Assembly: GCA_905331295.1 (NCBI GenBank)
Contig: CAJNYD010000027.1
Coordinates: 62,001-108,786 of the forward strand
DNA from: Rotaria socialis
Taxonomy: Eukaryota
Direction: 5' to 3'
DNA: 46,786 nt
Positions within the stretch are counted from its first letter, which is position 1. Each line of letters starts with the position of its first letter. The translations under genes and the position numbers were made by a program. This document shows positions 12,713 to 25,941 of the stretch, in pieces. The notes under the pieces were generated by a model. The model did not search any database. It was given only the letters and a program-made list of their open reading frames with translations, and was not told where the DNA came from.

Positions 12713-14251
12713 CTAACTATCAAATAAAGCACCGAAACAAGGAATATCTTTACGCCAAAGTGCATTAGTCACTTCGACAGTGAATTTTTCATTCGATACA
12801 ACAAATACAGCTTCTGATTCTGTTTTCCAAAAGTGATCTTCTACGAGTTGAACACCAGGTCGTCCACTAACTGATGTATCATGCAAAGTAAAATGTGGAT
12901 ATGTTTTTTGAACTAAGTTCCAAACATAATCTCCATAAATACGTTGATGTTGTTTTCCAATCCATAGCAGGTGTACATGAGTTGTAGGCAATGAGTCTTT
13001 AATGTAGGGCAATGCTGGTGCAATACCAGCACCTGTACATACGATTAATACTTTCCGATAAGTATGAATGCTATACATAAAACCAAGACCTTTTATTTGT
13101 CGAATCCAAATATGTTCTGGCAATTGATGCGCACGACAATTCTCAGCTAATTTCTTAGTCCAATCGCCAGCAACTGCAACTAATATTGAATGTTGATTTG
13201 TGCATGGGTCCGTGAGAGCAATAGCAAATGCATGCCATTCGTGTCCGTCTAATGATATACGTGTAGTTGAACCGTACGGATACAATGCACTAGGAAATGT
13301 AATCACAGTTAAATCTTTTGATGGTTGATTATATTGTACGACCACTTTACGAATACATATCCAAGGTAGAAAGACAATTATAACAATAACTACTAAGATA
13401 AGTACAGGTACATTGAAGAGAGTTGCTGTACTAAAAGAATCGAATTTGTCCAATTGAAGAAAGATCACATGAATAACAAGTATAATCAATGTTGTCCATC
13501 CAACATAACGATGGATGTGTTCAAATATATTATGGAAACGACGACGAACTATTGGTATAGCCGTTAATGAAAGAAATACAATGAGAAATGAAATAATACC
13601 ACCAGTTATTCGTGCGCCAAAACCATGCAGTTCGAATATAAGAGAAATTAATAGCCAGAGAAAAGCGCAGATGGCTGATGAAACATGAAGACCACCGATA
13701 CAATGTAACATTCGATTAAATTCATATTTGAAACAGGGAATCAATGCAACAATTCGATGAAGTAAAGCTATAAAGATTTCATTTCGTACTAGTACACCAA
13801 AAAGTAATTCACAAATCGAAATAGTACCGCCTGAAATATGAATGATGTGTGCAAAATAGAGTACACATAAAGCTATAGTCACTGAAATATGAATCGCAAG
13901 CCATGCTTGATGACAGGTTATAGAATCAGGAACAGTGTGTCGATACCAGGCTTTAAGCGGATGCATTTTTCTAGTTGATGATGTTATCGAGTTTTCTTCA
14001 ACAGTTATTCTAACTTCATTATTTGATGAAGCAAATACATCGTCCGACGATGAATTTTCGCTAGTTTCAGGAATTTTTTCATCCATACGGAAAGATACTA
14101 TAATATTATCAGACATAAATCGTTTTTGCTTCGTAGGCGTGGCAGGTTCATATGATATGGCACGTCGAAATTTCTCCAAATAGGATGCTTTTAGAAGAGT
14201 TGAACAGTCATGATTTTTCAACCAATTCATTCTTTTACATTCGTTTGACAT
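12713..14251 (-). CDS. Intronless multi-TM ferric-reductase-like / FNR-type oxidoreductase, resembling the C-terminal module of fungal NPS12-like adenylation proteins and bacterial homologues; HGT candidate
   Basis: 512-aa uninterrupted ORF with ~6-7 TM helices. Motifs: GGLHVS, HNIFEHIHRYVGW (heme His pair), EWHAFA (FAD), VAGDWT, VCTGAGIAP (NAD(P)H), VVSN and a terminal FGALFDS. Confidence 0.8.
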   Translation of the reverse strand: MSNECKRMNWLKNHDCSTLLKASYLEKFRRAISYEPATPTKQKRFMSDNIIVSFRMDEKIPETSENSSSDDVFASSNNEVRITVEENSITSSTRKMHPLKAWYRHTVPDSITCHQAWLAIHISVTIALCVLYFAHIIHISGGTISICELLFGVLVRNEIFIALLHRIVALIPCFKYEFNRMLHCIGGLHVSSAICAFLWLLISLIFELHGFGARITGGIISFLIVFLSLTAIPIVRRRFHNIFEHIHRYVGWTTLIILVIHVIFLQLDKFDSFSTATLFNVPVLILVVIVIIVFLPWICIRKVVVQYNQPSKDLTVITFPSALYPYGSTTRISLDGHEWHAFAIALTDPCTNQHSILVAVAGDWTKKLAENCRAHQLPEHIWIRQIKGLGFMYSIHTYRKVLIVCTGAGIAPALPYIKDSLPTTHVHLLWIGKQHQRIYGDYVWNLVQKTYPHFTLHDTSVSGRPGVQLVEDHFWKTESEAVFVVSNEKFTVEVTNALWRKDIPCFGALFDS

Positions 14252-16102
14252 TTAGGAAAAATCTGAAGGTATAGATATCTAGATTAAAATAAAAGTATCT
14301 TTTGTTTTAGTGATGCAATTTGAAGATATACATTTGTTTCTATACATTTTTCTAACATTTGATGAGTAGCGAAATAGTGATTGTGAGGCTGTTCTTCCAA
14401 TAAGTAAGATAATCAAAGATTCTGCAAAGTATCCTTTTCTCAAGTTGGATTCACAATATATTTATATTGAACTTAATTATGTGTCTATTGAAGATATTTT
14501 CCTCTCGAAAAATATCACTCAGTTCGAGCATTCTATTACGAAATACTAGATAAATTGGAATGCAAGTAGTTTTTCATTCATATATCATGACCTTTATAGT
14601 ATTTCTGAAAAATCGTCTCAACCTATTGAGCGACGAATATTAACGAAAAAACACTACCTCTACTGTATAAATATAAGCTGAAGTTATTTTGTCACCAACC
14701 TGAATTGTTATCAATACCTATAATGTTACGAGAGCAAAACTTGGCCTTGGTATCCTATCGAGTAGTAGGGAGTGATTTTTACTCATGGTCTAAATTGTAT
14801 TTTATACATAGAATCAAAAAGGAAGCATGATTTTGATTTGAAAATAAAAACAGGCTGGAAATTTGTATCATTAGCGTATGTCATTTGACATTTTCTTCGA
14901 TACATGACATGATAAAACAGAAAAGAGAAGTAACTTCGTCGTAAATGGCAATAAAGCAACTTAAATGGTTAAAATAATGGCTGTGTCATTTTACTCAAAC
15001 ATGATTTTTACTGAGTCGAAATATAGATGACATCGATTTTGTCTTTCTTATACCGTCTATTTGTTTCTGTTGTGTATTGAGTGATGCTATATCCTCCAAA
15101 CGTCCTACTTGAAGTTGCTGACTTCTGAAACCGAGAACATATTTTGAGTCATTCTATCAATAATATCGTTATTCAATACACTTGTAAACTTGTAGAATTC
15201 ATTGTGACAACTAAGTTAAAGAATTGATTTAGTCTTCAACATGGAAGATTTTCATAAAAACTTTAATTCTGATCTTATTTTATTTTCAAAACTTCTATAT
15301 TATCAAAATATTTTGCCGAATATTGTTTCATCAGCTGAATATTTATTTTAAGTTATATTCTACGAATACTTCGTCTTTTGTAATTCAATCGGCTGTTTTT
15401 CTCTATTGTGTTAATACATGCTTGAAAATTTGATTCATTTTTAGAAACAAATGAAATTTTTTAAATATTCCTTATGATTATATTTGGGAAGTGAGAATTC
15501 AATATCCACAAATAAAATTGTTTAGCAAAAGTGAGCTTTTGACGACATTCAGTTGATTGCATATATCTATTACTAATGCAGCAAATAAAAGCCGTCGATT
15601 TTTGTTTGCCTACTTCAGTCTCTTGATAAAATCTACCATTGTTTCTCAGTATTTCTACGGTATCTAAACAGCAGAAATAACTTTTCTCTAAAATTTTTTA
15701 CTTCAACTGTGTCACAAAGTCCAGATGGATTCCTTCATAACTAAGAAATGTATCTATCATTGAATCAAATGAGCATCGTCGAACACGTATCGAATAAGCC
15801 TCAGTAATGTTTCAGTCATGCATAGTATCTTAATAATATGACTCGACATTATCGTTAGTTAAATTAATACTAAGTCGATTGAATATAATTCTCTTGAGTG
15901 TATCTACAGCTATACATATGAATTTTTCAGAGAAGCTCCCTGCAGAGTACTACAGCATTCAACAAATACCGCAGATCTGTTGGACATCACCTAACTAACG
16001 TCAACACAATAAGAAGTATCGACAATTTATTCTGCACCAACAAACCAAATGCATCGAAAGTAAATATTGTTGAGAGCTGACTAATTTATTATTCTCTTCT
16101 AA

Positions 16103-16582
16103 CGAAGGAACGTTCCCAAGTGATTCGCACCATTTCGATTCATCTTTTGCTGGTTTGTAGGACTCATCATATATATATGGCATATGTGAAAGGGTTCGTG
16201 CCATTGCTGCTCGGTTTCAAAGTTATGAGCGAAACAATTGCTTTGATAGATGGGGCTACTATCTATTCATTAAATGTTTCGTTCTTCCGACCAGGTGGCT
16301 CAAACATACTTCTCGAAACTTTTTTTCGTTCGAGCAAGTTTAGGCATGTTCGTATTATAAACATCTATGGGGAAAATCATCCCCAATTTAAGATATGAAA
16401 AGAAGAAAAAAATAGCAAATAGAAGGTGGCAACATCTATTGTAACACATTTTCCGCTCATAACTTTGAAACCGAGCCGCAATGGCACGAACCCTTTCACA
16501 TATATGTCATATATATGACGATTCCTACAAACCAGCAAAAGATGAATCGAAATGGTGCGAATCACTTGAGAATGTTCCCTCA
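16103..16582. mobile_element. Tc1/mariner-type MITE (~480 bp) with ~165-bp imperfect terminal inverted repeats
   Basis: Left arm CGAAGGAACGTTCCCAAGTGATTCGCACCATTTCGATTCATCTTTTGCTGGTTTGTAGG... is the reverse complement of the right arm ...CCTACAAACCAGCAAAAGATGAATCGAAATGGTGCGAATCACTTGAGAATGTTCCCTCA. TA flanks the right end (16583-16584); the left flank is degenerate. The terminus resembles mariner TA|CGAGGG. No transposase ORF. Confidence 0.85.
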
Positions 16583-19082
16583 TAATCGTAGTTTATCCTA
16601 ATGGATTTCTTAACTGAATATTTTTTCACTCCTGTTTTACTGAACAGTAAATACTGTTGCATCGTAATTTGAATGATTATTGTGCGATAGATCTTGTGGC
16701 GTCTATCGTTATCTTCAATATCAGCTCTTGAGGACTGAAAACACCAGATTGTTATCGAATCGAAAGCAATAACAAAACACAGAGAAACCCTATTAAGCGA
16801 GCCTTTGAAAGATTGTTTTTCTCTCATGATTATAATGTGCACTAATATTTCTATCCATCTGTCAAAATTGAATTGATTCATATGAATGATATTTCATGTC
16901 TCGAAGCTAGACACTTCGATTTCTCTCTCGATACAACAATAACTGCTATTTGTTTTGATTATTGCTTTCCCGAGAAAAAAACAAACAGATTTGCATCTGA
17001 CGTATCAACAGCAACATGCTATTAAGATTGAAGCTATATGGATGCCATCGTATTTAATCATTATTCTTTCAAAATCTTACTTCAGTGTCTACGACTACAT
17101 TATATAGAGAGAAGAAAAACATGAAGTATGTATATCATATATTATTTTCTATTGAAGTCAATTACATAGATGCAAAGAAAAGGAAACCATAAACAATAGA
17201 ATCTTTTTCATGATTTATCCTATTAAAAGCTTGATTATTTTTATTTAATGGCCTTGAATCAACATATGTTAAAATATGGCACATTTCCTATCAGATATCG
17301 CTGCCAGTCTGCAAACTAAACAAAATTTGGTAATCACAGCAAATCATCTCTCTCGGCTGTAGATGACTGGAAAGTTCTATTGCAGCATAGTCAAAAGTCA
17401 ACAAATAAGAAAAATAAATACTACTGTAATTTGTTCTATTAGTTGTAATTTTAAGATCAAGGCATAAACTTATTTCGGTATCGTATATTACTTTATTTTC
17501 TGGTAAATTTGCTATGAAATTCAAGTACGTTTTATCGATGTTGGTTTACAATGTAAAATTAGACAATAGGATATACATCAAAGCGATGTCATGAAAAATT
17601 TCGAAGTAGATCAATAAGAAACCAATTTTCTTTTATAACTGATTAATTTAGAGACAAATCTATTTAACATAAAAAGAAAAAGAAAAGGACTATGATTATA
17701 AATGTATCGATGGTGCCAATTTAAATCAGAAAGAAACAATAAACTTCTTTGAAATTTGTATGAAAATCAATTAAATATGTTCTGCTAAAATAGTATACAG
17801 CAGAACAAACAACAAAGGAAATTAAGCACATTTAGATTTGCCAAGTGCTTTTGTGCAAACTACTCTTGATTAATATCATTATCATTCACAGTAGGTGTAT
17901 CGTACAAGGGTAGAGCAAACAAAGATCAACGGCATTCTTGTTGTTTAACAACACATACGGTCTTTATTTTGGAAGAATTCCTGAATAATACATTATTAGT
18001 CATTCTAGAAAAAAGAAAATCATATAAAGAAACAAGGAAGAACTAGATAAGTATTGTGTTAATGAAGAACGATTATTTATTTTGCATACGATAAGAGACA
18101 TGTTGTTGCCAATAGCTTTGGTTGACCTAATGTCAATTCCAGATTATACAAGAACATCGATGAACAATGTGCGTTATGTTGTTTTGTTTTAATTAGCAAT
18201 GCAAGCAAAATGGAAAAAGAGAACCGACTGATGGCTCATTACACATGCAATTTTCTGCTATGGAGTTTTAGCTTAGCGATTATAAGATAAGGATAAGAGA
18301 AAGAATAGAGAGAACTAATTTAATCAGCTATCGTTTTCCATAAATCGCACAAGAGATCAATTTAGCGCATGAAGAACGAAAATGGCACATCTCTACAACA
18401 AAAATGTCTTACTGGATATGACACAATAATTAAGAAAATTTTCATCCAACATTGATTTTAAACAAAGTTCTGCTGAACACTTCAATCAAACAAACAAGAT
18501 ATTATGGTATATTAGTTTGATATATATATATATATATACATATATGTCACAGTTGACATGAGAATTTCAGTTGAGATTGGAATGCGCGAAAAAAAATAAT
18601 TAATCAAAAAAATATCTTTTTTTCTGTTCGTGATAATAGATTATAGAAAAACAGAATAGAGAAGAAATATTTCTCAGATAAACTCAACGTCCCCATGTCT
18701 CCATAGTTAAAAAATATACAGAGAGTGAATTTATCATTGAAAGATAAAAATAAAAAATTTATTTTTCTCCGATAAATTCAATGTTCTCATGTCCCCGTAG
18801 TTTAAAAAATACGCAGAATTGAATTATTGAAAAACTCATTGTAAGAAGATGCAAGGAATAATTCTCAATATAAAAATTTCTAAAGTCAGATCTCAACAAA
18901 AATTCTATTAAAAAAATTAAGAAAAAAACTATTCCAAACTCATCTGCCATATATATATATATATATATGTTTTTTCAGAAAAAATCATTCGATTTATTTA
19001 CAAGATGATAGCAACTATTTTTTTGTACATTTAGGGTGATGCAGCAAATAATTTCGATCGGTTTCTCCCTCTATCTGCCCTA

Positions 19083-20329
19083 ATGGCCAATCCAGACGCC
19101 CTATTCCATAACCTTTCGCTAACCCTTGAATCAGTTTCATCATCGTCAATGTGGAATAGGACCGAGTTCTCTGTACCAATCGATGAAAGTATCATTCTTT
19201 ATCGTCATCCAATTTTATATGGGGCAGCAATCTATGCTCTTCTACTCATCATTATTGGTACCATTGGTAACTCTAAACAGGCGGAGAATTTGCAATTGAA
19301 TAAGATCATTCTATTTAGGTAATGTCTTAACGATCGTTGTACTTCTTCGTCCTAATCTACAACGATATACAACTATGCGTTATTTAATAGCAGTTGCTGT
19401 TGCTGATCTGTGCTCATTATATTCATGGAATTTAAATCTATTCTATAAACATTTAATCAATCATTATCAAAATGACCTTGAAGATGGATCCATGATAGCC
19501 TGTCGTATTGTATCATTTATTGCATTTGTTAGTTTACAACTCTCATCATGGTATTTAACATTAGTTAGTGTTGATCGTTGTCTAAATATTTATTTTCTAC
19601 TTTGGCATCGACAAATCGGTAGAACTAGTTATTCAATCTATATTATTTTTAGTGTAACAACAGCTATTATTTTTCTTAATTTACATTTACTTTTTCTCAA
19701 TGGCTATCAACAATCTAATTGTATTCCATTTGAAAAACGTACTTGTTTTATATGTTATGCACGTTTGGAAGATCGATTCTATATATTTCCAAAATGGGAA
19801 AAAATTCATCTTGTCGTTTACAATTTTATTCCTTTTACGATCATGTTTATATCGACTTGCTTTATTATTCGTCGTTCTGCATCATCCGCAAATGCACAAA
19901 GAAGATTAACAATTGACATGAGAAAAGATTCACTTCAATGTAGTAGTCGCCGGCGTAAACAGCGACAATTAACTCGTATACTTTTGTCAGTTACATTTTT
20001 ATTTGTTTTCTTAACAACTCCAATAATGATCTACAATGTTTTCTTCCGGAACCGTTTAAGAAATCGTAAACCATTAAAATATATTGTACAGGCATTGCTA
20101 TTATGTACGCAGTATACAAGTCATGCAGTAAGTTTATTAGAATTGTTTATTTGTGATCAAAACAAATGAAAAAGTTTTTGTTTTATTTCAGATCAATTTT
20201 TTTGTTTATTGTTTCGGCGCGTCGAACTTTCGTCATGAACTAGGAGAATTTTTTTCAGATTGTACAAGAAAAAAAAACTCTATTTTAAATCAAGTGAGAA
20301 CACCTGAGCAACTTTTATAAAGACGTTAA
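19083..20329 (+). CDS. Rhodopsin-like (class A) peptide-type GPCR, 3 exons (19083-19266, 19319-20127, 20192-20329)
   Basis: TM1 GTIGN, TM2 YLIAVAVADL, TM3 C..LVSVDRC, TM5 YNFIPF, TM6 FVFLTTP, TM7 HAINFFVY, then helix 8 NFRHEL. Confidence 0.9.
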
Positions 20330-22950
20330 ATAAATTATTTATATGCAAATCAAATTCTTGATATGTATTAAAAGAAATCTTATGTAAGGTACTCATGAGA
20401 TATTTTGCACCACATGCATAAGTACAGAAGACCTTTTTCTTTCAATAGTGTGACGATGAAATCGAAGTTGTTTTTCAGTAATTATGCAGTTGCTTGAGTT
20501 TGTCATGTCTAACACAAGCAAAAATCAATTAGACGAGAAGAATAAGGGAGAATGGGGGCAACAATAACCAAAAGAGTATTGCCTATGTGATATATAATGT
20601 TGATAAACAAGTTACATTTTGCTGATTTGTTTTCAGGTCAGATGAGACTTTTGGCATACATATGAATAGTCTCCAGAGCCACGACTAAAACTGTTTCATA
20701 ATTGTTTTTCTCTGTTTGAATTGCGTAGCACTGAATTCAGTATTTATCGGCAACAGCTATTTTTTGAAATTAGTTGCCTATTGAAGATGAAAAATAGATA
20801 AACACATCAGAATCAGATACAAGGGTAATATTTTAGTGACAGCTTGTTATTATACTGAATAATGAGAAGCTAAAAATAGTCGAAATTATGAGCTCGATCC
20901 TTGGGTTTTACTTTTTTCTTTGTTTCTTTGTTAATAAAATAATGTTATATTGGTAGATTAAGATTTATTAGGGGGTAATATAAAAGGTGTCCGGAGAGAG
21001 AACAACTGTATTCATTGCGGTGTGGCTTTTGTCATGTGATCAAAATAGGATAGGACGCTTAAAAAGGGTGTGGTATGGCTGGGCCTTCTTGCTTCATTTT
21101 TTTTAAGCGAATCGACAACGAAATAAGAGAAATTGACTGATTTTGAGACAATGAAGTTTCATTATTTCTCATAATGCTCATGCAATCTATCGAGATATAA
21201 TAAGCGTTGTGGAATATACGCATAATTCATCGAAAATTTGTTTTTTTTGTATAGTACATATTCGATACATTTAATACTTTCTAGTTCTGAAGAATGATGT
21301 TTGAATATTATTAATAATAGAGCCTTCTAGCTATGATCATTTCAAATAAGACACCGAAAAGAAAGAGGTGGTATATTTTTAGTAGTAAACTAAATATTTT
21401 ACAATGATTATTTAGTAAAAAAAAACGATTGCATCGATTTTGTAAATAAAGGAAAAAAATGACCTTTTAACTGTTTCAAATAATATTAATATCACCAGTT
21501 AGATTGTGAATGCAGAGTTTCATTTTTTTTATCAAAGAAAATCATGTTTTGTCTCTGCATAAAATTTCTAGTCACATGAAAATTACATCAAGGTCAGAAT
21601 TTTAAGATAGACATTGACAAAATAATTTGTACAGGTGTTTTCCTTCAAGGATAAATTCATAAGAAAAAATCCCATTGCTAACAACTTTTATCATTGATTG
21701 ATCTATTCATCATCCAGGTATGACATAAACGAAAGTGCTTGCTGTGGAGTTATTCACGTTGGCTATATTCTAGTGCCTGGCTCGGTATTTTGATTGCTAG
21801 ATAAGAGCAATAGGCAGCTACGCTCATTAATATTATTGAAATTTGATGCGGTGTTATTTTTCTCATGAAGCCAAGCCCCTCCCTCCATGCAATTATATTC
21901 AATAACTCGTGATGCACCGAGAAAAAAATGGTATAAAGAGACTCACTAAAACGAAAAAATGCTTACAAAAGATGGGAGTTTTCTAGTTCATCGAAACTAG
22001 GACAGTTGTATTCTTTTGCAATTTATACCTATTCGACTAATCGATGTAGTGAAGACGAATCAAACAACGCTCTTTGTTATGAAAATAGAGACAAATATCA
22101 AATTTTCTGTGTTGTTTATCGAGTCGAAAAGATTTCAACACAATTATCACCCAAAACAGTAGTATACAAGATAAGTTTTTATTGATCACCAATTTCTAGA
22201 TACTGTTTTTTCCCATTTCAAACAAGTAAGCAACAACAACAACAACACAATTCTCAATTAACAAATAAATCCATCGAAACTATATATGACGTTGCTGTTC
22301 TTTCTTTTAGAATAATAGTCGAATGATTGTTCTCGATTTTTCAGCGAGAATAGGCAGCCTGCTGTCTTTAATATTCTCAAGTTAAAAAAAATTGATGTAC
22401 ACACATCTGTTGCTTCTATATCATTTCATATAGCACTCGACTAGGATGATTACATGATATTTTTAAAAGTTCAGTCAGCACTTCCAAAATGTATGGAACC
22501 GATAGTATCTTCGCATAAATAGAAATAATTGCTCGATAAGATTTTTGTATTGTCGATTTCACTTGAAAAATTTGAAGTTTATTTTTTTTGCACTATTCCC
22601 TTTATTGACAATCAGATTAGATCTCTATAAATTAGTCCCTGATATACTTACACAGAATCCTAAAATTGATGTTAACAGCAATTGAATACGATAAATTTAA
22701 ATACCTTGATCCATTGTCTTACTACCTTAATTATCGTGAGCAAAAAGAGCCTAGTGATTACGCGTTCTTCTCTCTCGTGATGTCATTAATGTAAAAAAAC
22801 AAGCAGAAAAACATCGTACGATGTACTAGTATTCATAACAAGTATAAAAGACGAGTGCAAAACGAAATAATTGCGTGTTTTTCTTTTTTTTCTTTATAGA
22901 TTCATTACTCTTCATCCTATTCACGCGACTTCATTGTTAAATACATAGAC

Positions 22951-23925
22951 ATGGAAACTCATGGTCACTCTGAATGGAAATATATTGATCGAAGAGAAAT
23001 TGGTATCACTTGTGTAGCTTTTAGTGGTGGACAACCGAGACCAGGTGTAGACTTAGGACCAGAATTTGTCTTAAAAGCGGGTCTTATTGGTCAACTGAAT
23101 GCCATGGATTTCAAAACAATATTAACCGATGGTAAAGAAATTCATGATTACAAAGAATTTTTTCCTGCATCTGATGAACCAATTGGTATAATTAAACGAC
23201 CAAGAGCAGTTGGTATCGTCAGTAAACACCTTACAGATCAAGTTTATCAACACTCAAAAGCAGGACGAATGGCATTACAAATCGGAGGCGATCATTCTAT
23301 GGGCCTTGGAACAGTTAGTGGTATTGCACGAGCTACAAAAGAACGTTTTGGTCAAGATATTAAAGTTATATGGGTTGATGCTCATGCTGACATTAATACG
23401 CCCGAAACAACGGAAACCGGAAATTTACACGGCATGCCATTATCGTTTCTAATTGGACTTGTCAAGGAAAATATTGAAGGATTAGATTGGGTTGTGCCTT
23501 GTTTAAAACCTGAAAATATTGTTTATATTGGTTTAAGAGATGTGGATAAAGCTGAAAAGCAGATTCTTAAGCAGTACAATATCAAAGCATTTTCCATGCA
23601 CGAAATTGATCGGTATGGTATTGGCGCAGTGATGAATATGACTATTGAATATTTATCCAAAGGTGATACGGCTCAATCACCTATTCATCTTTCATTTGAC
23701 ATTGATGCACTTGATCCAACTGTTGCTGCAAGCACAGGTACTCCTGTTCGAGGTGGATTAACATTTCGTGAAGGACATTATATTTGTGAAGCTCTTCATG
23801 AAACAGGACGATTGGTTGGCATTGATATAGTTGAATTAAATCCGACCATAGGTCACAGTAACGAAGATACAATTACTATCGGATGCAGCCTTATTCGAGC
23901 TGCATTGGGCGAAAGTCTTTTGTAA
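22951..23925 (+). CDS. Arginase (Mn-dependent ureohydrolase), intronless, fungal-type sequence
   Basis: 324 aa. Motifs FSGGQ..GV..GP, GGDHS, WVDAHADINTP, GNLHGMP, SFDIDALDP, TGTPVRGGL and IVELNP are present; the metal ligands are intact. Confidence 0.95.
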   Translation: METHGHSEWKYIDRREIGITCVAFSGGQPRPGVDLGPEFVLKAGLIGQLNAMDFKTILTDGKEIHDYKEFFPASDEPIGIIKRPRAVGIVSKHLTDQVYQHSKAGRMALQIGGDHSMGLGTVSGIARATKERFGQDIKVIWVDAHADINTPETTETGNLHGMPLSFLIGLVKENIEGLDWVVPCLKPENIVYIGLRDVDKAEKQILKQYNIKAFSMHEIDRYGIGAVMNMTIEYLSKGDTAQSPIHLSFDIDALDPTVAASTGTPVRGGLTFREGHYICEALHETGRLVGIDIVELNPTIGHSNEDTITIGCSLIRAALGESLL

Positions 23926-24277
23926 TTTTTCAAATATGTATGATGCTCATTTTGTGCACTTGTTGATTAGCTGATTCTCATTTTCTTATTGATATTCTGC
24001 CCTTAAATATACTAATAAACTTGCAAACAAAAACTCTATCTTCCTGATAGAATTACAATCTAAACTTTTTGAAAATAGTCTGTGACAGAAATGCTTGCAA
24101 GAAAAGAAAAATATTGGTTTTTGAAATTTTTTAAATCTCGGTACACCTCCATAATTACGTAAACAAAGCCTGACAAAATAAATAAAATATCCAGAACATT
24201 AAATGAAAACAAGAAACAAAGCAAAGAAGTGGAATGATAACATAAATTCGCATAAGAAACAGATCGATGATTTGAGT

Positions 24278-25941
24278 TTAAGGATTATTAACAGCTGGTG
24301 GAGCTCGAGGAATGTGGATTTGTTGTTGACCGGCTGCCGGACGTTCTACTGCGGCTTCAGGGTGAATTGGGACTTGTTGATTGTTGGGCAGTGATGGAGT
24401 TTGATGAATCGGTATTGACTAAAATAAAATAATATTCATATTGCTCTATGCAAATTATTAATAGTATATATATATATATATATATTACAGTTGATACGGG
24501 TGCCATTTTTTCAGAGAATTTATTAAAATCTTGATCAGAAAATACTGTGCTATCTTCAATTGACTAAAAAATAAATTAACATTATTAAAAATCGTTCGTT
24601 TGTTTTTATTTGCTTAAATATGAATGTCTCACCTGCCATCCTTGATCGTTTTTAGCTCCTGTTCCATTGATACCCACCAAGAATTCCTCCAATGAAAGCA
24701 TTCGATCTGCATTTTTATCGAATTCAGTGAGAACATGTTGACGCATACGATCAAGTTCTTCTTGTTTTTCAACTGGATCAGCTTCGGGTGTTCCTTCGTG
24801 TACTTTCTCAGCCTAAAATAATAATAAAAAGGAGATTTTTTTTTCAATTTTTATTCATCAATAGAATTTCTAGTCACCTCTTTCAACATAATAGCTTCAA
24901 TTTCAGCTTCATCTAAAAATCCATCAGTATTGATATCATGTAAGTTAAAAAATGATTTTGGTGAAAATTGATCGGCATCTAATTTATCAACGTCTTCCCA
25001 TACTTTCTCTATTTGATCAACACTACCAGGATGATTGACTTTTGGATGATGTTTCTTTTTTTCCAATGCTTCGGCATGTGTTGCTTCTATTTTTTGACGT
25101 TCTTCAGGGCTAAGCTTCTATAAAAGTGAAAAAAATTAAATGAGAATTTCTACTTTTGTTTTCGATTATCCTACAGCAAGTTCTGCACGACGTTCGTATT
25201 CTTTTTGCATTTCATACTCTTTAAATTCTTTTTCACGCTTTCTATCCAATTCATCAAGGTCCCTGGATGCATGACGAATTAAACGTTCCAAATCAGTTTG
25301 ACCGAATGTTTCTACGTTTTTATGATCGATATGTTGAGGAAGCAATTCTCTCGTCAATTTTCCACCTGCATCAGATCGAGCAAGTGCAGCACGTTGTTTA
25401 TCTAGATGGCAAAAATCAAATAGAGATGATAAAAAAACTGAGGCAAAAGAAGAAATTTACCACTTAAATTACGAGCTCTTTGACCGACCAATTCTCTCAA
25501 TCGAATCATTTCTCGTTGTTTTGCTTCATCAAGTTGTGTACGAATATGATGTTGAACAAGACTTAAATGTTCAGCAATGTTACCTGACTGTAAAAATATT
25601 AAAAAAATAGTAGAAAACAAAAAACCATCGATCGCATTCAATACCTTAATATCATCGAGAGATGCATTCTCAATTTTCTTTTTGAATTCAGGGTCACTTT
25701 CGAGGATTTCAACAACTTCTTTTAAATATCTTCCGTATTCAAGATTGTCTAACTATAAAAATAAAATTACAAAATAAAATCTAAATGAAGACGTGCCATT
25801 TGTTCATACCACATCGTCTGAACCTTGAGGATCTTGTGGTGTAGTTTGAGCTTTGTCTTCCGCTGGATGTTCAACAACGGGTGGCGCACCAATTATTATA
25901 ATAACAGCAAAGAAAAAGAAAATACTGATTTTCAGTTTCAT
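24278..25941 (-). CDS. NUCB: Nucleobindin (secreted/Golgi EF-hand Ca2+-binding protein), multi-exon
   Basis: Signal peptide MKLKISIFFFAVIIIG. Conserved blocks: EYGRYLKEVVEILESDPEFKKK, IRTQLDEAKQREMIRLR, HPKVNHPGSVDQIEKVWEDVD. EF-hands DINTDGFLDEAE and DKNADRMLSLEE, with a Pro/Gln-rich tail. Confidence 0.93.

Noticed and set aside
16001..16881. Mirror-image ORFs (IRTISIHLLLVCR...) on both strands
   Set aside because: They are a by-product of the MITE inverted repeats.
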